Of a DNA stretch of 64,000 nt, positions 1 through 9,693 are shown in pieces (the stretch's first letter is position 1; every line of letters starts with the position of its first letter). Source of the DNA: Candidatus Saccharimonadota bacterium (GTDB taxonomy: Bacteria; Patescibacteriota; Saccharimonadia; Saccharimonadales; 2-12-FULL-41-12); assembly GCA_022842995.1 (NCBI GenBank), contig JALHOM010000005.1:6503-70502 (forward strand), given 5' to 3'. The position numbers were made by a program, and so were the translations under genes. The notes beneath the pieces are model-generated. The model had not been told where the DNA came from. It did no database searches and worked only from the letters and a program-made list of their open reading frames with translations.

Positions 1-10
1 GCCATTGATT

Positions 11-478
11 ATGAAAAAGATATTTAGAAAATTTGCAGCCAAGATCTCTGTGTTGGTCGGTTCGGCGAATGCATTTTTGCTGGCCCTTTTGATCGTGATA
101 ATCTGGGCGACAACCGGTCCAGCTTTTGATTTTTCGGATACGTGGCAGCTAGTTATTAATACGAGCACGACGATTGTAACGTTTTTGATGGTTTTTTTAA
201 TTCAAAATACCCAGAATCGAGACGCAAAGGCCATGCAACTTAAGCTGGATGAGCTTATTCGATCTACTACCGCACGTAACGTTTTCGTAGATCTAGAAGA
301 AATGAGCGATGAAGAGTTGGCGCAACTAGATAAAGAATTTCAGGCAATCCACGAAAAACAGGCATCAACGAAAATCATGGTCAAGCTTCATCAGTCTATC
401 AAGCTGGAACACGAGCGGCGTCGTAAGGGCGTTTTATCACCAGCGTCCATAAATGAATTTTTGCATAAAAAGATTTAG
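11..478 (+). CDS. Low-affinity iron permease family protein (Fet4-like)
   Basis: Family-typical segment FSDTWQLVINTSTTIVTFLMVFLIQNTQNRDAKAMQLKLDELI; ATG at 11. Confidence 0.85.
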   Translation: MKKIFRKFAAKISVLVGSANAFLLALLIVIIWATTGPAFDFSDTWQLVINTSTTIVTFLMVFLIQNTQNRDAKAMQLKLDELIRSTTARNVFVDLEEMSDEELAQLDKEFQAIHEKQASTKIMVKLHQSIKLEHERRRKGVLSPASINEFLHKKI

Positions 479-640
479 AACCAGAGCCTCTTATAAGATA
501 AGTTAAAGAATATTCTTGACAAGCATAAGCGCTATGTGTAATTATGTGATGGTTTGAAAAGTTTAACCAAAAAATTACGTTAAACGACGAAAAGTTAACA
601 ATAAACATTATTTAAAAAAACTAAGTGAGGCGAAGCATTA

Positions 641-793
641 TTGCTTCCCACGCGCAAATTGAGACGTGCGCCTGGTAGATCCTTTTTGGAGTTTGGACAT
701 ATTATGCCGGTTAAAATCCGATACGTTTCGAGTTCGACGTCTATTGATGTTGAAGTGGTGCGACCTAAGTGGCTGGAGTATCTTTCGTATTAG
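641..793 (+). CDS. Possible small hypothetical protein (50 aa from TTG 641, or 29 aa from ATG 704)
   Basis: Open frame LLPTRKLRRAPGRSFLEFGHIMPVKIRYVSSSTSIDVEVVRPKWLEYLSY*; GGAG upstream of ATG 704; TTGACA at 516-521. Confidence 0.3.
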   Translation: MLPTRKLRRAPGRSFLEFGHIMPVKIRYVSSSTSIDVEVVRPKWLEYLSY

Positions 794-1230
794 AAAATAG
801 GAATTAGATTAAAGTTGAAAGATTAAAGACTAAATATAAGAAGAGTTATGAGTCATGAGTTATGAGTTAAGATTCGCCTTCGGCGAAAGGGGCTCGTAGC
901 TAGCCGCTAGTAACTAGTATCTAGCAACTAATTTCTAGTTTCTCGTTGCTCTCCTTAATCTTTTGTCTTTAATCTTTAATCTAGTTCCTCATAACTCTAA
1001 ATTAGAAATTCGAAAATAGAAATTTGGAATTAGAGTAAAGGCTAAAGATACTTAAACAGCAGCTACTCTTGTCTCTTATCTCTTATCTCATGACTCTAGA
1101 TCAGAAATTTGAAATTTGAAATTAGAAATTCGCAGATATCAAATAAGCTATTGCTAACCACAACCGAATAAAACATACTCAGCGAGTTTCTAGTTTCTTT
1201 CGCTGTACAGCGAATTCTAGTTCCTAGTTT
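790..1230. repeat. Intergenic tract of short (about 7-nt) tandem repeats with nested inverted arms
   Basis: Units such as AAAGATT, TTATGAG, TAGAAAT and TCTCTTA; 799-845 is an imperfect inverted repeat of 949-989; palindromes at 873-887 and 1199-1214. Confidence 0.75.
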
Positions 1231-1884
1231 CTATTGCTGGGAGGATTTGGCGATTTCATCGTCGATGATTTTCTTGAATTCGTCGAGAGACTGAGGGTTT
1301 TTGTCGATTTTGCGGCCATTTATTATGAAGGTTGGGGTGGAATTAACGTTTGCGTCTTTGCCTGCCTTTAGGTCGGCGTTTATTGCTCCGGATACAGCTT
1401 CGCTTTGCATGTCGCTTTTTAGCTGGTCGACGTTTAGACCAAGCTGTGAGCCGTACGATACGAACTGCTCGGTTGGGTCGGAAGAGCTTTTCCAGGAGTC
1501 TTGCTGCTCAAATAATAAATCATGCATCTCAAAGAACTTGCCTTGCTTGCTGGCTGCTTCAGCGGCACGTGAGGCGATGTAGGCATTAGGATGTATCTGA
1601 ACTAACGGGAAGTGTCGGAATTGGAACTTGATCTGATCGCCGTAGTCAGCTTTGATCTGCTTAACGAGAGGGTGAAATAAAGCACAGGCCGGACATTGAA
1701 AATCTTCATACGCGACAATCGTGACATTTTTTTCACCTTTACCGACGACATGTTCTGTGGCGCTCGTAGCGCTCGAGTTTGACGATGAGTCTCCGTTGGA
1801 ATTCTTGTCTTTGCTGGTGAGCATTAAGATACCAAAAAGACCGAGGATAATAACGGCCAAGATAGCCAAAAATTGTTTATTCAT
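1231..1884 (-). CDS. DsbA-family thioredoxin-fold disulfide oxidoreductase, membrane anchored
   Basis: YEDFQCPAC (CxxC), FRHFPL, cis-Pro loop STPTFIING, N-terminal TM helix. Confidence 0.9.
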   Translation of the reverse strand: MNKQFLAILAVIILGLFGILMLTSKDKNSNGDSSSNSSATSATEHVVGKGEKNVTIVAYEDFQCPACALFHPLVKQIKADYGDQIKFQFRHFPLVQIHPNAYIASRAAEAASKQGKFFEMHDLLFEQQDSWKSSSDPTEQFVSYGSQLGLNVDQLKSDMQSEAVSGAINADLKAGKDANVNSTPTFIINGRKIDKNPQSLDEFKKIIDDEIAKSSQQ

Positions 1885-1953
1885 TGATTCTCCATAAACT
1901 CATTAATCTAAATGTATATCTATAATACCAAGAATTGCTGTACTATAAACAGT

Positions 1954-2943
1954 ATGATGACGCTTGCGCTTGCGTTAACTCTTATAATGATGGTTTTTAG
2001 GGCTGCTGCAGTCCAAATATCCAGACTGTCGCTACATGACCTAAAACGTCGTTCTTCATCTGGAGATACAGTTGCTCGGCGATTATTTTTAGTAGCGCGT
2101 TATCATGTTTTGGCGCCGGGTTATCTTAATGCCGTGGCAGTTGTGATTTTTGTGTTTTTGGCTGCTTACATTTCAGCTAATTCGCCATTGACCGCCTCCA
2201 TGCTTTGGATCGGGCTTATGATCGGCGCCTTTTATGGTGCTGCGCAGCTGGCGCGCTTCATGGTGCGACCGTTGGTTCTCGTGGCTCCACAGTATGCCTC
2301 GGTGATTATTTTTACCCGTAAATATCTCTCTCCTCTGAGGGCAGTCTGGCAACGTTACGCTGGATCGTCAGGTTCGGTAAAGGTTTATGGTCGAGAAGAT
2401 CTCGTAGATTTACTCCAGGCAGCGGGCAAGGCAAAAAACGGTGGACTTACCAAAAAAGAGGTCAAAATGTCTGTAGCCGCCTTGACGTTTAAAGATAAGC
2501 TGGTGCGAGATGTCATGACGCCACGGAAAGTGGTTAAATTCGTTGAAGTCGATCAGCAGGTCAGCACAGTATTGCTCAATGAGCTTCATGAAAGTGGCTT
2601 TTCGCGCTTTCCGGTCACGAGTGGAAACGTTGATGTTATTGTCGGCACACTTTATTTGAAAGATCTTGTAGAACAAAAACGCGAGGGCAAAGTCTCTACG
2701 CTTATGAGTCCGGATTATTTTGAAATAGCTCCCGATAAAAATTTGTTCGAGGCTCTCGGGTTGTTTCTTAAGCGACGTCATCATCTATTTGTCGTTCGGA
2801 ATGAATTTTCAGAAGTCGTTGGCGTAATAACCATCGAAGATGTGCTCGAGCAGCTGGTTGATGCTGAAATTATCGATGAATCAGACGTTCATGAAGATAT
2901 GCGTGAACTAGCTCTCGAAGCGGAACCAAGTATACGGAAATAG
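1954..2943 (+). CDS. CNNM/CorC-like CBS-domain membrane protein
   Basis: N-terminal TM helices, VRDVMTPR, SGFSRFPV, GVITIEDVLEQLV; start moved to ATG 1954, which follows a TACTAT -10 box. Confidence 0.85.
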   Translation: MMTLALALTLIMMVFRAAAVQISRLSLHDLKRRSSSGDTVARRLFLVARYHVLAPGYLNAVAVVIFVFLAAYISANSPLTASMLWIGLMIGAFYGAAQLARFMVRPLVLVAPQYASVIIFTRKYLSPLRAVWQRYAGSSGSVKVYGREDLVDLLQAAGKAKNGGLTKKEVKMSVAALTFKDKLVRDVMTPRKVVKFVEVDQQVSTVLLNELHESGFSRFPVTSGNVDVIVGTLYLKDLVEQKREGKVSTLMSPDYFEIAPDKNLFEALGLFLKRRHHLFVVRNEFSEVVGVITIEDVLEQLVDAEIIDESDVHEDMRELALEAEPSIRK

Positions 2944-2955
2944 CCGGGCTCGTCG

Positions 2956-4785
2956 TTATTGTTTGATCTGTAGATTGAGTAGTTCTCTCGGGATGTCTAT
3001 TGTCCGGGTTGTGTTTACGCTGTCTCCCGGTAGGCCGATGCAGGTTGTTGCAATTTGCTGAGCAGTCCAGCCAGAAGCGATTGCTTTACTGAGTTCACGG
3101 AGGTTGGCGGTGTATCGATATTGTCCTGACCTGGTGAGTTGATAATAACGAGTCGAAGGCACAGTAGAGCTGTCGCATTGATAGGCCCGGGTTGATCCGA
3201 GAATTGTGCCACCTCCAAATTGATATCTCAGGAGGGTTGAGTGTGGGCTTCGTATTCGATTCAACATGGTGCTGCTACGAGTAATTCCAAAGCCCAGGGT
3301 GTCGCTGCGAGGAGAGATGGCGCTGAGTCCTGTTTTATTACTATTTTCAAATAACGCACCGATCAGTTCTTCCCAGGAAGCAGTTGGTTGCGAGGCTTTG
3401 GCAAGCCCGAGCAGGCCGCTAAAGTATGGAGTAGCAAATGATGTGCCGCTGACGGTAGCGTAGGCGCTCGAGAGGTTGGATGAGCTATAGGTTGGCGAAA
3501 CCATGGATTGTCCAGGAGCGAGAATGTCGAGATTGGCCCCGTAGCTACTAAACGTTGCAGGGGTTCCGCTTGGTGAAATGGCGCCGACCGCCAGTACCTC
3601 TGGGTAGTTGGCGGGGAAAGCTATGCAGTTACAGCCATCATTTCCGGCTGCGGCGACAACTATCGACCCGCGATCTAGAGCGTAAAGGATAGCCAGTCGC
3701 ATATAGGGGTCGTCCGCCGATGTGCCAAGACTGATACTGATAATATCTGCTCCCTGATCGGCGGCGTAACGCACAGCGTTAGATACAGTATAGGTGTCAC
3801 CGTAGCTGTCGTCGTTTAAGGCTTGCAATGGGAGAATTTTGGCGTACCAGTTGACGCCAGCTATGCCGACGCCATTATTGCCAGTAGCACCCAGTATTCC
3901 AGTAACGGTAGTACCGTGAGCTGTCCCGCTTCCCGTAGGATTGGTTTCTCCGGCTTGTGCACTGGCATCGAAGTTCGCGAAGTCCCAACCTCGCCAGTCG
4001 TCGATATAGCCGTTACCGTCATCGTCAATATTATTGCAGTTTTTGTTGAGCGGCAATCCGAGGCTGGTGCAGTTACGCTTGGAGGGGTTTTGGCGAGAAG
4101 TCGCTCCAGATTCGTTATCTACAATGCCGTCGTAGTTATCGTCAATATTATTGCAGCTTTGGTTTAGCGCAAGTCCCCGGTCGGTGCAGTTAAGGTCGTT
4201 TGCGCCTTCGCTTAACGCTATTCCGAGCTCTCCGTTATTCGTTGCCCAGCGGTTCGTGAATTCTTGGTGGTTTAGTGCAAAGCCGGTATCAATAACAGCG
4301 ATTTTTACTTGAGACGCAAAACTGGTTGCATCCCAGACGCTCGTCATGCCCATAGGGGTGACCCACCACTGATTGTAGAGCGGGTCGTTCGGTACCAAAA
4401 AAGTTTCATAAACTCGGTTTGGATAACTTTGCCCACTAGGGGTGATAATTTCTCGTGCACTGACGCTCATGCCGGCATAGGAAGTTGGTGGATTTTGAAG
4501 TATTTCTGGGTCGGAAGCTGCATTTTTATTGGCGAGTGTTGGTAACTTTGAATCAGCAGTGACCTCGTTTTTTACGGTAGCAGTAGGTATATTTTTAGTG
4601 GTCGATAAGACGCCAAGCGGATCTGATGTAGAGGGCAGGGGCAGGGGCAGGACTGATATTGCAACCGGCACAATACTTGGAGGGGTGGTTTCTGGGGTAG
4701 GCGCTGTTACATTTTGGAGCTGTAACAAGGTGGCTGCTACAACAAAGAGCGCGACAATGTGAGGAATATGGTGGATTTTTTTCAT
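2956..4785 (-). CDS. S8 (subtilisin-like) serine peptidase, secreted
   Basis: Catalytic motifs IAVIDTG, AHGTTVTG, GTSFATP; oxyanion AAAGN; CNNIDD repeats. Confidence 0.92.
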   Translation of the reverse strand: MKKIHHIPHIVALFVVAATLLQLQNVTAPTPETTPPSIVPVAISVLPLPLPSTSDPLGVLSTTKNIPTATVKNEVTADSKLPTLANKNAASDPEILQNPPTSYAGMSVSAREIITPSGQSYPNRVYETFLVPNDPLYNQWWVTPMGMTSVWDATSFASQVKIAVIDTGFALNHQEFTNRWATNNGELGIALSEGANDLNCTDRGLALNQSCNNIDDNYDGIVDNESGATSRQNPSKRNCTSLGLPLNKNCNNIDDDGNGYIDDWRGWDFANFDASAQAGETNPTGSGTAHGTTVTGILGATGNNGVGIAGVNWYAKILPLQALNDDSYGDTYTVSNAVRYAADQGADIISISLGTSADDPYMRLAILYALDRGSIVVAAAGNDGCNCIAFPANYPEVLAVGAISPSGTPATFSSYGANLDILAPGQSMVSPTYSSSNLSSAYATVSGTSFATPYFSGLLGLAKASQPTASWEELIGALFENSNKTGLSAISPRSDTLGFGITRSSTMLNRIRSPHSTLLRYQFGGGTILGSTRAYQCDSSTVPSTRYYQLTRSGQYRYTANLRELSKAIASGWTAQQIATTCIGLPGDSVNTTRTIDIPRELLNLQIKQ

Positions 4786-4926
4786 TTTTGTTTTTAGATT
4801 TACTAAAGTTACAATACCAAATATTTAGAGAAATGTCAATATTATTGAAAGCGAAAGAGGTCTAACTGTGGTACAATGAATAGCAATTGCAAAAAACATT
4901 TTACGAGAGAGGAAGAGATTGTCGGC

Positions 4927-6231
4927 ATGCGAGTATTGAGCGACGAAGTGAGCAGTCACGTTGGTAAAAAAATTAGTATTTCTGGATGGGTGCATAAAAA
5001 GCGCTTACTTGGTGGCTTAACTTTCTTGAATATTCGTGATCGCCATGGCTTGATTCAGGTTGTTGTCCAGGATAAAAGCGAAGTCGAGAAACTTCGCGGT
5101 ATGCAGATCGGTACCGTGGTTGTTATCGAGGGAACTGTTAAGGAAGAACCCCGAGCACCAGGCGGTGCAGAGCTGCATGACCCGGTTGTGACCGTTGACG
5201 TGCCGGTTATTGACGAACCTTTGGTCGAGATTGACAAGCCCTTAAGTCATAAGTCAGAGCACCTCGATACCTTGTTTGAATATCGAGCTATTGGCCTTAG
5301 AAACCTTCAGGAAACCAAGATTTTTAAAATCCGTTCTCAGTTATTGAAATACATCCGCGAGTATCTGTATGCTCAAGATTTTGTAGAGATCAATACGCCA
5401 AAGATTGTCGCTGGTGCGGCCGAAGGTGGTGCAGAAGTCTTTAAGCTTGATTATTTTGGTCAAGAAGCAACTCTAGCCCAGAGTCCACAACTCTATAAAC
5501 AAATGATGGTGGGTGTTTTTGAACGAGTATTTGAGATCGCGCCGGCGTTTCGTGCCGAATTATCGGCTACAACCAGGCACGTATCTGAAGTTACGATGCT
5601 TGATGTAGAGATGGGATTTATTGATGGCCATGAAGACGTTCTTAAATTCCTTGAAAGCCTGCTTTACGAGGTGCTTACGCGTCTATACGCAGAAAATGAA
5701 CCCGAGCTTAAGTCTCTGAACGCTCCGGCATTGACACTGAAGTCAGAGTTTCCGCGCTACACGATGGCCGAAATCCATGAGCTATACCAGAAACACACTA
5801 AGATTGATGTGAGCAACGAGATCGATCTAACTCCAGACGAAGAGCGTTGGATTTGTGAGTATTCCAAGAAGCAGCATGGCTGTGAAGCAGTCTTCGCAAC
5901 GGGGCTACCAGCGAGCAAAATGAAGTTTTATCACATGAAAGGCGAAGGGGGCGTTGCTCTGTCGGCAGACCTGCTATTTAGAGGAATAGAGATTTCTACG
6001 GTGCCTCAGCGAGAGCATCGACTTGAGGTGTTGATCGAGCAGATGAAAGAAGCTGGCGTAGATCCTGAGAGTCAGGGTTTTGCTGCTTACGTGAGCGCTT
6101 TTCGGTATGGCCTGCCGAAACATGGTGGCTTTGGCTTCGGTATTGATCGTCTGACGGAAAAAGCAATTGGTCTCAACAACGTTAAAGAGGCTATACTCTT
6201 CCCACGTGATATCAACAGGCTTGCACCGTAG
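4927..6231 (+). CDS. aspS: Aspartyl-tRNA synthetase, short non-discriminating/archaeal-type
   Basis: OB fold ISGWVH..R, AEGGAEVF, LAQSPQLYKQ, FRAE, PKHGGFGFGIDR; about 434 aa with no GAD insert. Confidence 0.88.
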   Translation: MRVLSDEVSSHVGKKISISGWVHKKRLLGGLTFLNIRDRHGLIQVVVQDKSEVEKLRGMQIGTVVVIEGTVKEEPRAPGGAELHDPVVTVDVPVIDEPLVEIDKPLSHKSEHLDTLFEYRAIGLRNLQETKIFKIRSQLLKYIREYLYAQDFVEINTPKIVAGAAEGGAEVFKLDYFGQEATLAQSPQLYKQMMVGVFERVFEIAPAFRAELSATTRHVSEVTMLDVEMGFIDGHEDVLKFLESLLYEVLTRLYAENEPELKSLNAPALTLKSEFPRYTMAEIHELYQKHTKIDVSNEIDLTPDEERWICEYSKKQHGCEAVFATGLPASKMKFYHMKGEGGVALSADLLFRGIEISTVPQREHRLEVLIEQMKEAGVDPESQGFAAYVSAFRYGLPKHGGFGFGIDRLTEKAIGLNNVKEAILFPRDINRLAP

Positions 6232-6332
6232 GGTATTCTTGGTAACCTAAACCCCTGTATTCGCGTAATTGTCTAGTTTTTTACACTTTTTGGCGCTACA
6301 CTAACGAGTAGTAGAGGTGCAAAAAGCGAGGG

Positions 6333-6941
6333 ATGGGTAAACAGCGAAAAGTCCGGCTTACGAAAACCACTAGTTTGTTGGCATTATTTGTTGTGGCCGC
6401 AGTGGTTAGCGTCATGGTTGGGGTTATCGTTAAATCAGATTCGAAAACATCGACGAACGAGAGTTCTGCCTCGCAGCAGGCCAAGAAGTTTGAGATAAAA
6501 AAGGCTTGTGACGTTGTGTCGCAAGCGAAGGCTGTCGAATTACTCGGCGGAACTGCGGTTCTTGGCGAGTTAGGCGATTCAGCTACCGCCTCTAGTGAGG
6601 ATATTGATCTTACCAAGTGTCGCTACTTGGATTCCGAGTCGTCAAGCACGTTTTCTGGCGATACTTCTGGCAAGGAATTGTCGATCGTCGTACGGAGCCC
6701 TAAGAACGGTAGTGGCTTATCGGCAAATCAAAAAGTGTTTGACGAAGCTTTTTTGCCGCTAAATAGTGAATTAGTCGATGGTGTCGGTGAAAAAAGTTTT
6801 TGGAATAAAGAATTCGGGCAACTGAACATTCTCGACGGTCAAGGGGTTTGGTATACCGTCGAGTTTGGGTCAAGAATCAGTGCGAATCGTGCGCTAGATG
6901 AGACTAAAAGGGCTGCAGTCGAATTGCTACCGAGGCAGTGA
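6333..6941 (+). CDS. Membrane-anchored hypothetical protein (DUF3558-like Cys pair)
   Basis: N-terminal TM helix, KACDVVS...CRY Cys pair. Confidence 0.6.
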   Translation: MGKQRKVRLTKTTSLLALFVVAAVVSVMVGVIVKSDSKTSTNESSASQQAKKFEIKKACDVVSQAKAVELLGGTAVLGELGDSATASSEDIDLTKCRYLDSESSSTFSGDTSGKELSIVVRSPKNGSGLSANQKVFDEAFLPLNSELVDGVGEKSFWNKEFGQLNILDGQGVWYTVEFGSRISANRALDETKRAAVELLPRQ

Positions 6942-7053
6942 CGTATATTTTATAGCAGAAAACAATCTGGTGTAGCTGCGTTCATGTATGGTATGCTTAT
7001 GGTTGAAAGTCAAATAAAATAAAAACAATAAAAATAAGTAATAAGTTTTTCTG

Positions 7054-9663
7054 ATGGCTAAGAAACCAAAAGATAACGATGACAGTGGCATAACCTACTT
7101 CGGTGAGGCTATTGATCCTGATATTCAGAAAAAAGTCGATGACTACATGGAGCTCGAAGATGAAGTCGCGGGCGAAGCCGATAGTATTCCTGACGAGCCT
7201 CAAGTTGATTTAGGTGGTGTTGGAGTACGTGATCCCGAGGTTGAGAGCGCCCCTCTTCTGCCAACGGACAAATTACCGGATGATCTAAAGGCCGACAAGT
7301 CAGGAGTCAAAAAGTCCACTAAAGTGGCGGTCCTGCATGCGGATGAATTAGTTAAAGAAGTCGAGGACGCTGGAGCGATAGAGACTGACGCCGGTGGAAT
7401 TCCCGGCGACACTCCAGGGCTGAACGATGAGGCGGAAATACAGCCCGCGGCCGAAGAGGCTGATTTGGCTGCGGCCGAAGAACTGGTTCAATCTCAGCCG
7501 GCTAAAAAGCCAAATTCAAAGAAGATTATGGTAGCTCATGATGAGGACCCTGAAGAGAATGTAGGCCCTGATGTTGAGCCAAGCGAAGAGCCTGCGATAG
7601 ATTCTGTGGACGCGCCGGTCAAAGCTGATGAAAATGTTGCTCAAGGCGAACTTGAGCCTCAGTCGAATAAGATAAATATTCGCGTCGACGAATCTGAAAA
7701 TTCGTCCGCTGATCGGGAGCCGACAGTCGACGATGACGCCGAGGCCTCCGATGTCGTACATCTGGCGGATGAAGAAATAGAGGCTCTGTCCGACGAGCAA
7801 GATGACGACGAAGAGTTTGATCAGAATGCAACTGTTGGTGAATACCTCGATGATTTAGAAGCGAATGACGAACCTAAGGCTCCCCTGCATCAGGCTCAAG
7901 ATCTGACCGACTTTGTTCCAAAGGAATCTTCCACTATTAATTCTTCTATTCCAATGGATGACGCAGTAACCTCGCAGGCGATTGCCGATATCATGGCTAC
8001 CGACTCCGATACGTTGCTTGGTATTGAAGACAAGAATAAGAAAGAAGCGCCACCGTTAGCGGTTGAACCAAAGAAGAAGAAAAGTAAGGCGAAACGACCG
8101 AATATCTTTAAGCTTCTTTTCACGAAGCCGCTCTATAGAAATAGTCTTATTGCGGCTATTTTATTGGGTATCGGAGCTGTCGCCGCAGTTCCGGTGTCGC
8201 GTTATTATATGCTTAATGCGGCCGGCGTACGCGTTTCTACAAGTCTTAAAGTTTTAGACGAAAAAACATCCCTGCCTCTGAAAAATGTTGAGGTTACTGT
8301 TGACGGAAAAAGTTCGAAAACCGATGGCGATGGCAATGTGTCATTGAGCGGCATTCGGCTTGGCAGGCAAGAGATCGTCGTTAAAAAGCCAGCTTTTGCC
8401 GAACTGAAGAAAACACATGTCTTAGGCTGGGGGAGTAACCCATTAGGTGATTACCGTATTGCTCCTACTGGCATTCAGTACAGCTTCAAGTTAATCGACT
8501 GGCTTTCTGAGAGACCAATAGCCGGCGGGGAAGTGTCTTATGGAGAAGCGGTGGCAAAGATCAGCGAAAAAGGTGAGGCGGTCTTGACGTTACCTGCAGC
8601 CGAAGAAACGACTATAACCGTTGATATTAAGGGTGATAATTATCGGATCGAGAAACAAGAGGTGAAAACCACAGCCAAAGACCAGATAGTGGTTAAGCTA
8701 GTTCCAAGTAAAAAACATGTCTTTGTATCAAAGCAGAGCGGTAAATACGATCTCTATAGCGTAGATGTTGACGGCAAAAACGAAGAAGTTTTGGTGAGTG
8801 GATCGGGTGTTGAAAAGCCAGATAGTCTGGGGATCGCACTTCATCCTAAGAAGAACATGGTTGCCTATACGGCGAGTCGTGAGAACACTAGAAATCAGGA
8901 CGGTTTTGTATTGACGACACTTTACATGGTTGACCTTGAGTCTAAGGAGATTAAGAAAGTTACGCAGTCGGAAAGAATTCAGATTATTGATTGGATAGGC
9001 GATAGGTTCGTTTATGTCAAAGTGGCCCAGGGTGCGTCCGAAGCGACGCCAGATAGGAACCGGTTGGTAAGTTATGACCTGGAATCTGGTCAGGAAAAAG
9101 AGCTGGCCAGCACTAATTACTTTAATGACGTTATTTCGGCCGGCGGAGCCCTGTATTACAGCCCGGCTCAATATCAAGTTACCGGCAGTGTTGGTTTGTA
9201 TAAAATCAATGCCGATGGCAGTAACAAAAAAACAATTTTCCAAAAAGAAGTATGGAATCTCTTTAGAACTAGCTTTGACAAATTAAGCCTGTCGGTTGGC
9301 CAAGATTGGTACGAACTTACTTTGGCTAACGATAGCCTGACAAAAGTCGGCGGAGCACCAAGCGTCCTTAAATCACGGGTCTATGTGCCAGACAGTGACG
9401 GCAAACGAAATCTTTGGATTGATGAAAGAGACGGCAAGACGGTTCTTATGAATTACCAAACTGCCACTAAATCTGAACAGCCACTGATCACACAATCGGG
9501 TATTCGAAATCCTGTTCGATGGCTTGATGATGGTCATATTATCTACCGCGTGTCTGATGGCCAGGAAACGGCGGACTACGTCTACTCTATAAATGGTAGC
9601 GATCCAAAGAAAATTAGAGACGTCACCAATACGGCTGGCATTGATCGCTGGTACTATTTTTAA
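7054..9663 (+). CDS. Large single-pass protein: acidic disordered N-terminus, Ig-like/carboxypeptidase-regulatory domains, TolB-like beta-propeller
   Basis: About 330 aa D/E/P-rich region, a TM helix, KTDGDGNVSL, then FVSKQSGKYDLYSVDVDG and LYKINADGS propeller-type motifs. Confidence 0.7.
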   Translation: MAKKPKDNDDSGITYFGEAIDPDIQKKVDDYMELEDEVAGEADSIPDEPQVDLGGVGVRDPEVESAPLLPTDKLPDDLKADKSGVKKSTKVAVLHADELVKEVEDAGAIETDAGGIPGDTPGLNDEAEIQPAAEEADLAAAEELVQSQPAKKPNSKKIMVAHDEDPEENVGPDVEPSEEPAIDSVDAPVKADENVAQGELEPQSNKINIRVDESENSSADREPTVDDDAEASDVVHLADEEIEALSDEQDDDEEFDQNATVGEYLDDLEANDEPKAPLHQAQDLTDFVPKESSTINSSIPMDDAVTSQAIADIMATDSDTLLGIEDKNKKEAPPLAVEPKKKKSKAKRPNIFKLLFTKPLYRNSLIAAILLGIGAVAAVPVSRYYMLNAAGVRVSTSLKVLDEKTSLPLKNVEVTVDGKSSKTDGDGNVSLSGIRLGRQEIVVKKPAFAELKKTHVLGWGSNPLGDYRIAPTGIQYSFKLIDWLSERPIAGGEVSYGEAVAKISEKGEAVLTLPAAEETTITVDIKGDNYRIEKQEVKTTAKDQIVVKLVPSKKHVFVSKQSGKYDLYSVDVDGKNEEVLVSGSGVEKPDSLGIALHPKKNMVAYTASRENTRNQDGFVLTTLYMVDLESKEIKKVTQSERIQIIDWIGDRFVYVKVAQGASEATPDRNRLVSYDLESGQEKELASTNYFNDVISAGGALYYSPAQYQVTGSVGLYKINADGSNKKTIFQKEVWNLFRTSFDKLSLSVGQDWYELTLANDSLTKVGGAPSVLKSRVYVPDSDGKRNLWIDERDGKTVLMNYQTATKSEQPLITQSGIRNPVRWLDDGHIIYRVSDGQETADYVYSINGSDPKKIRDVTNTAGIDRWYYF

Positions 9664-9693
9664 CCAGTATACGATCGGTATAATTCATTTATA

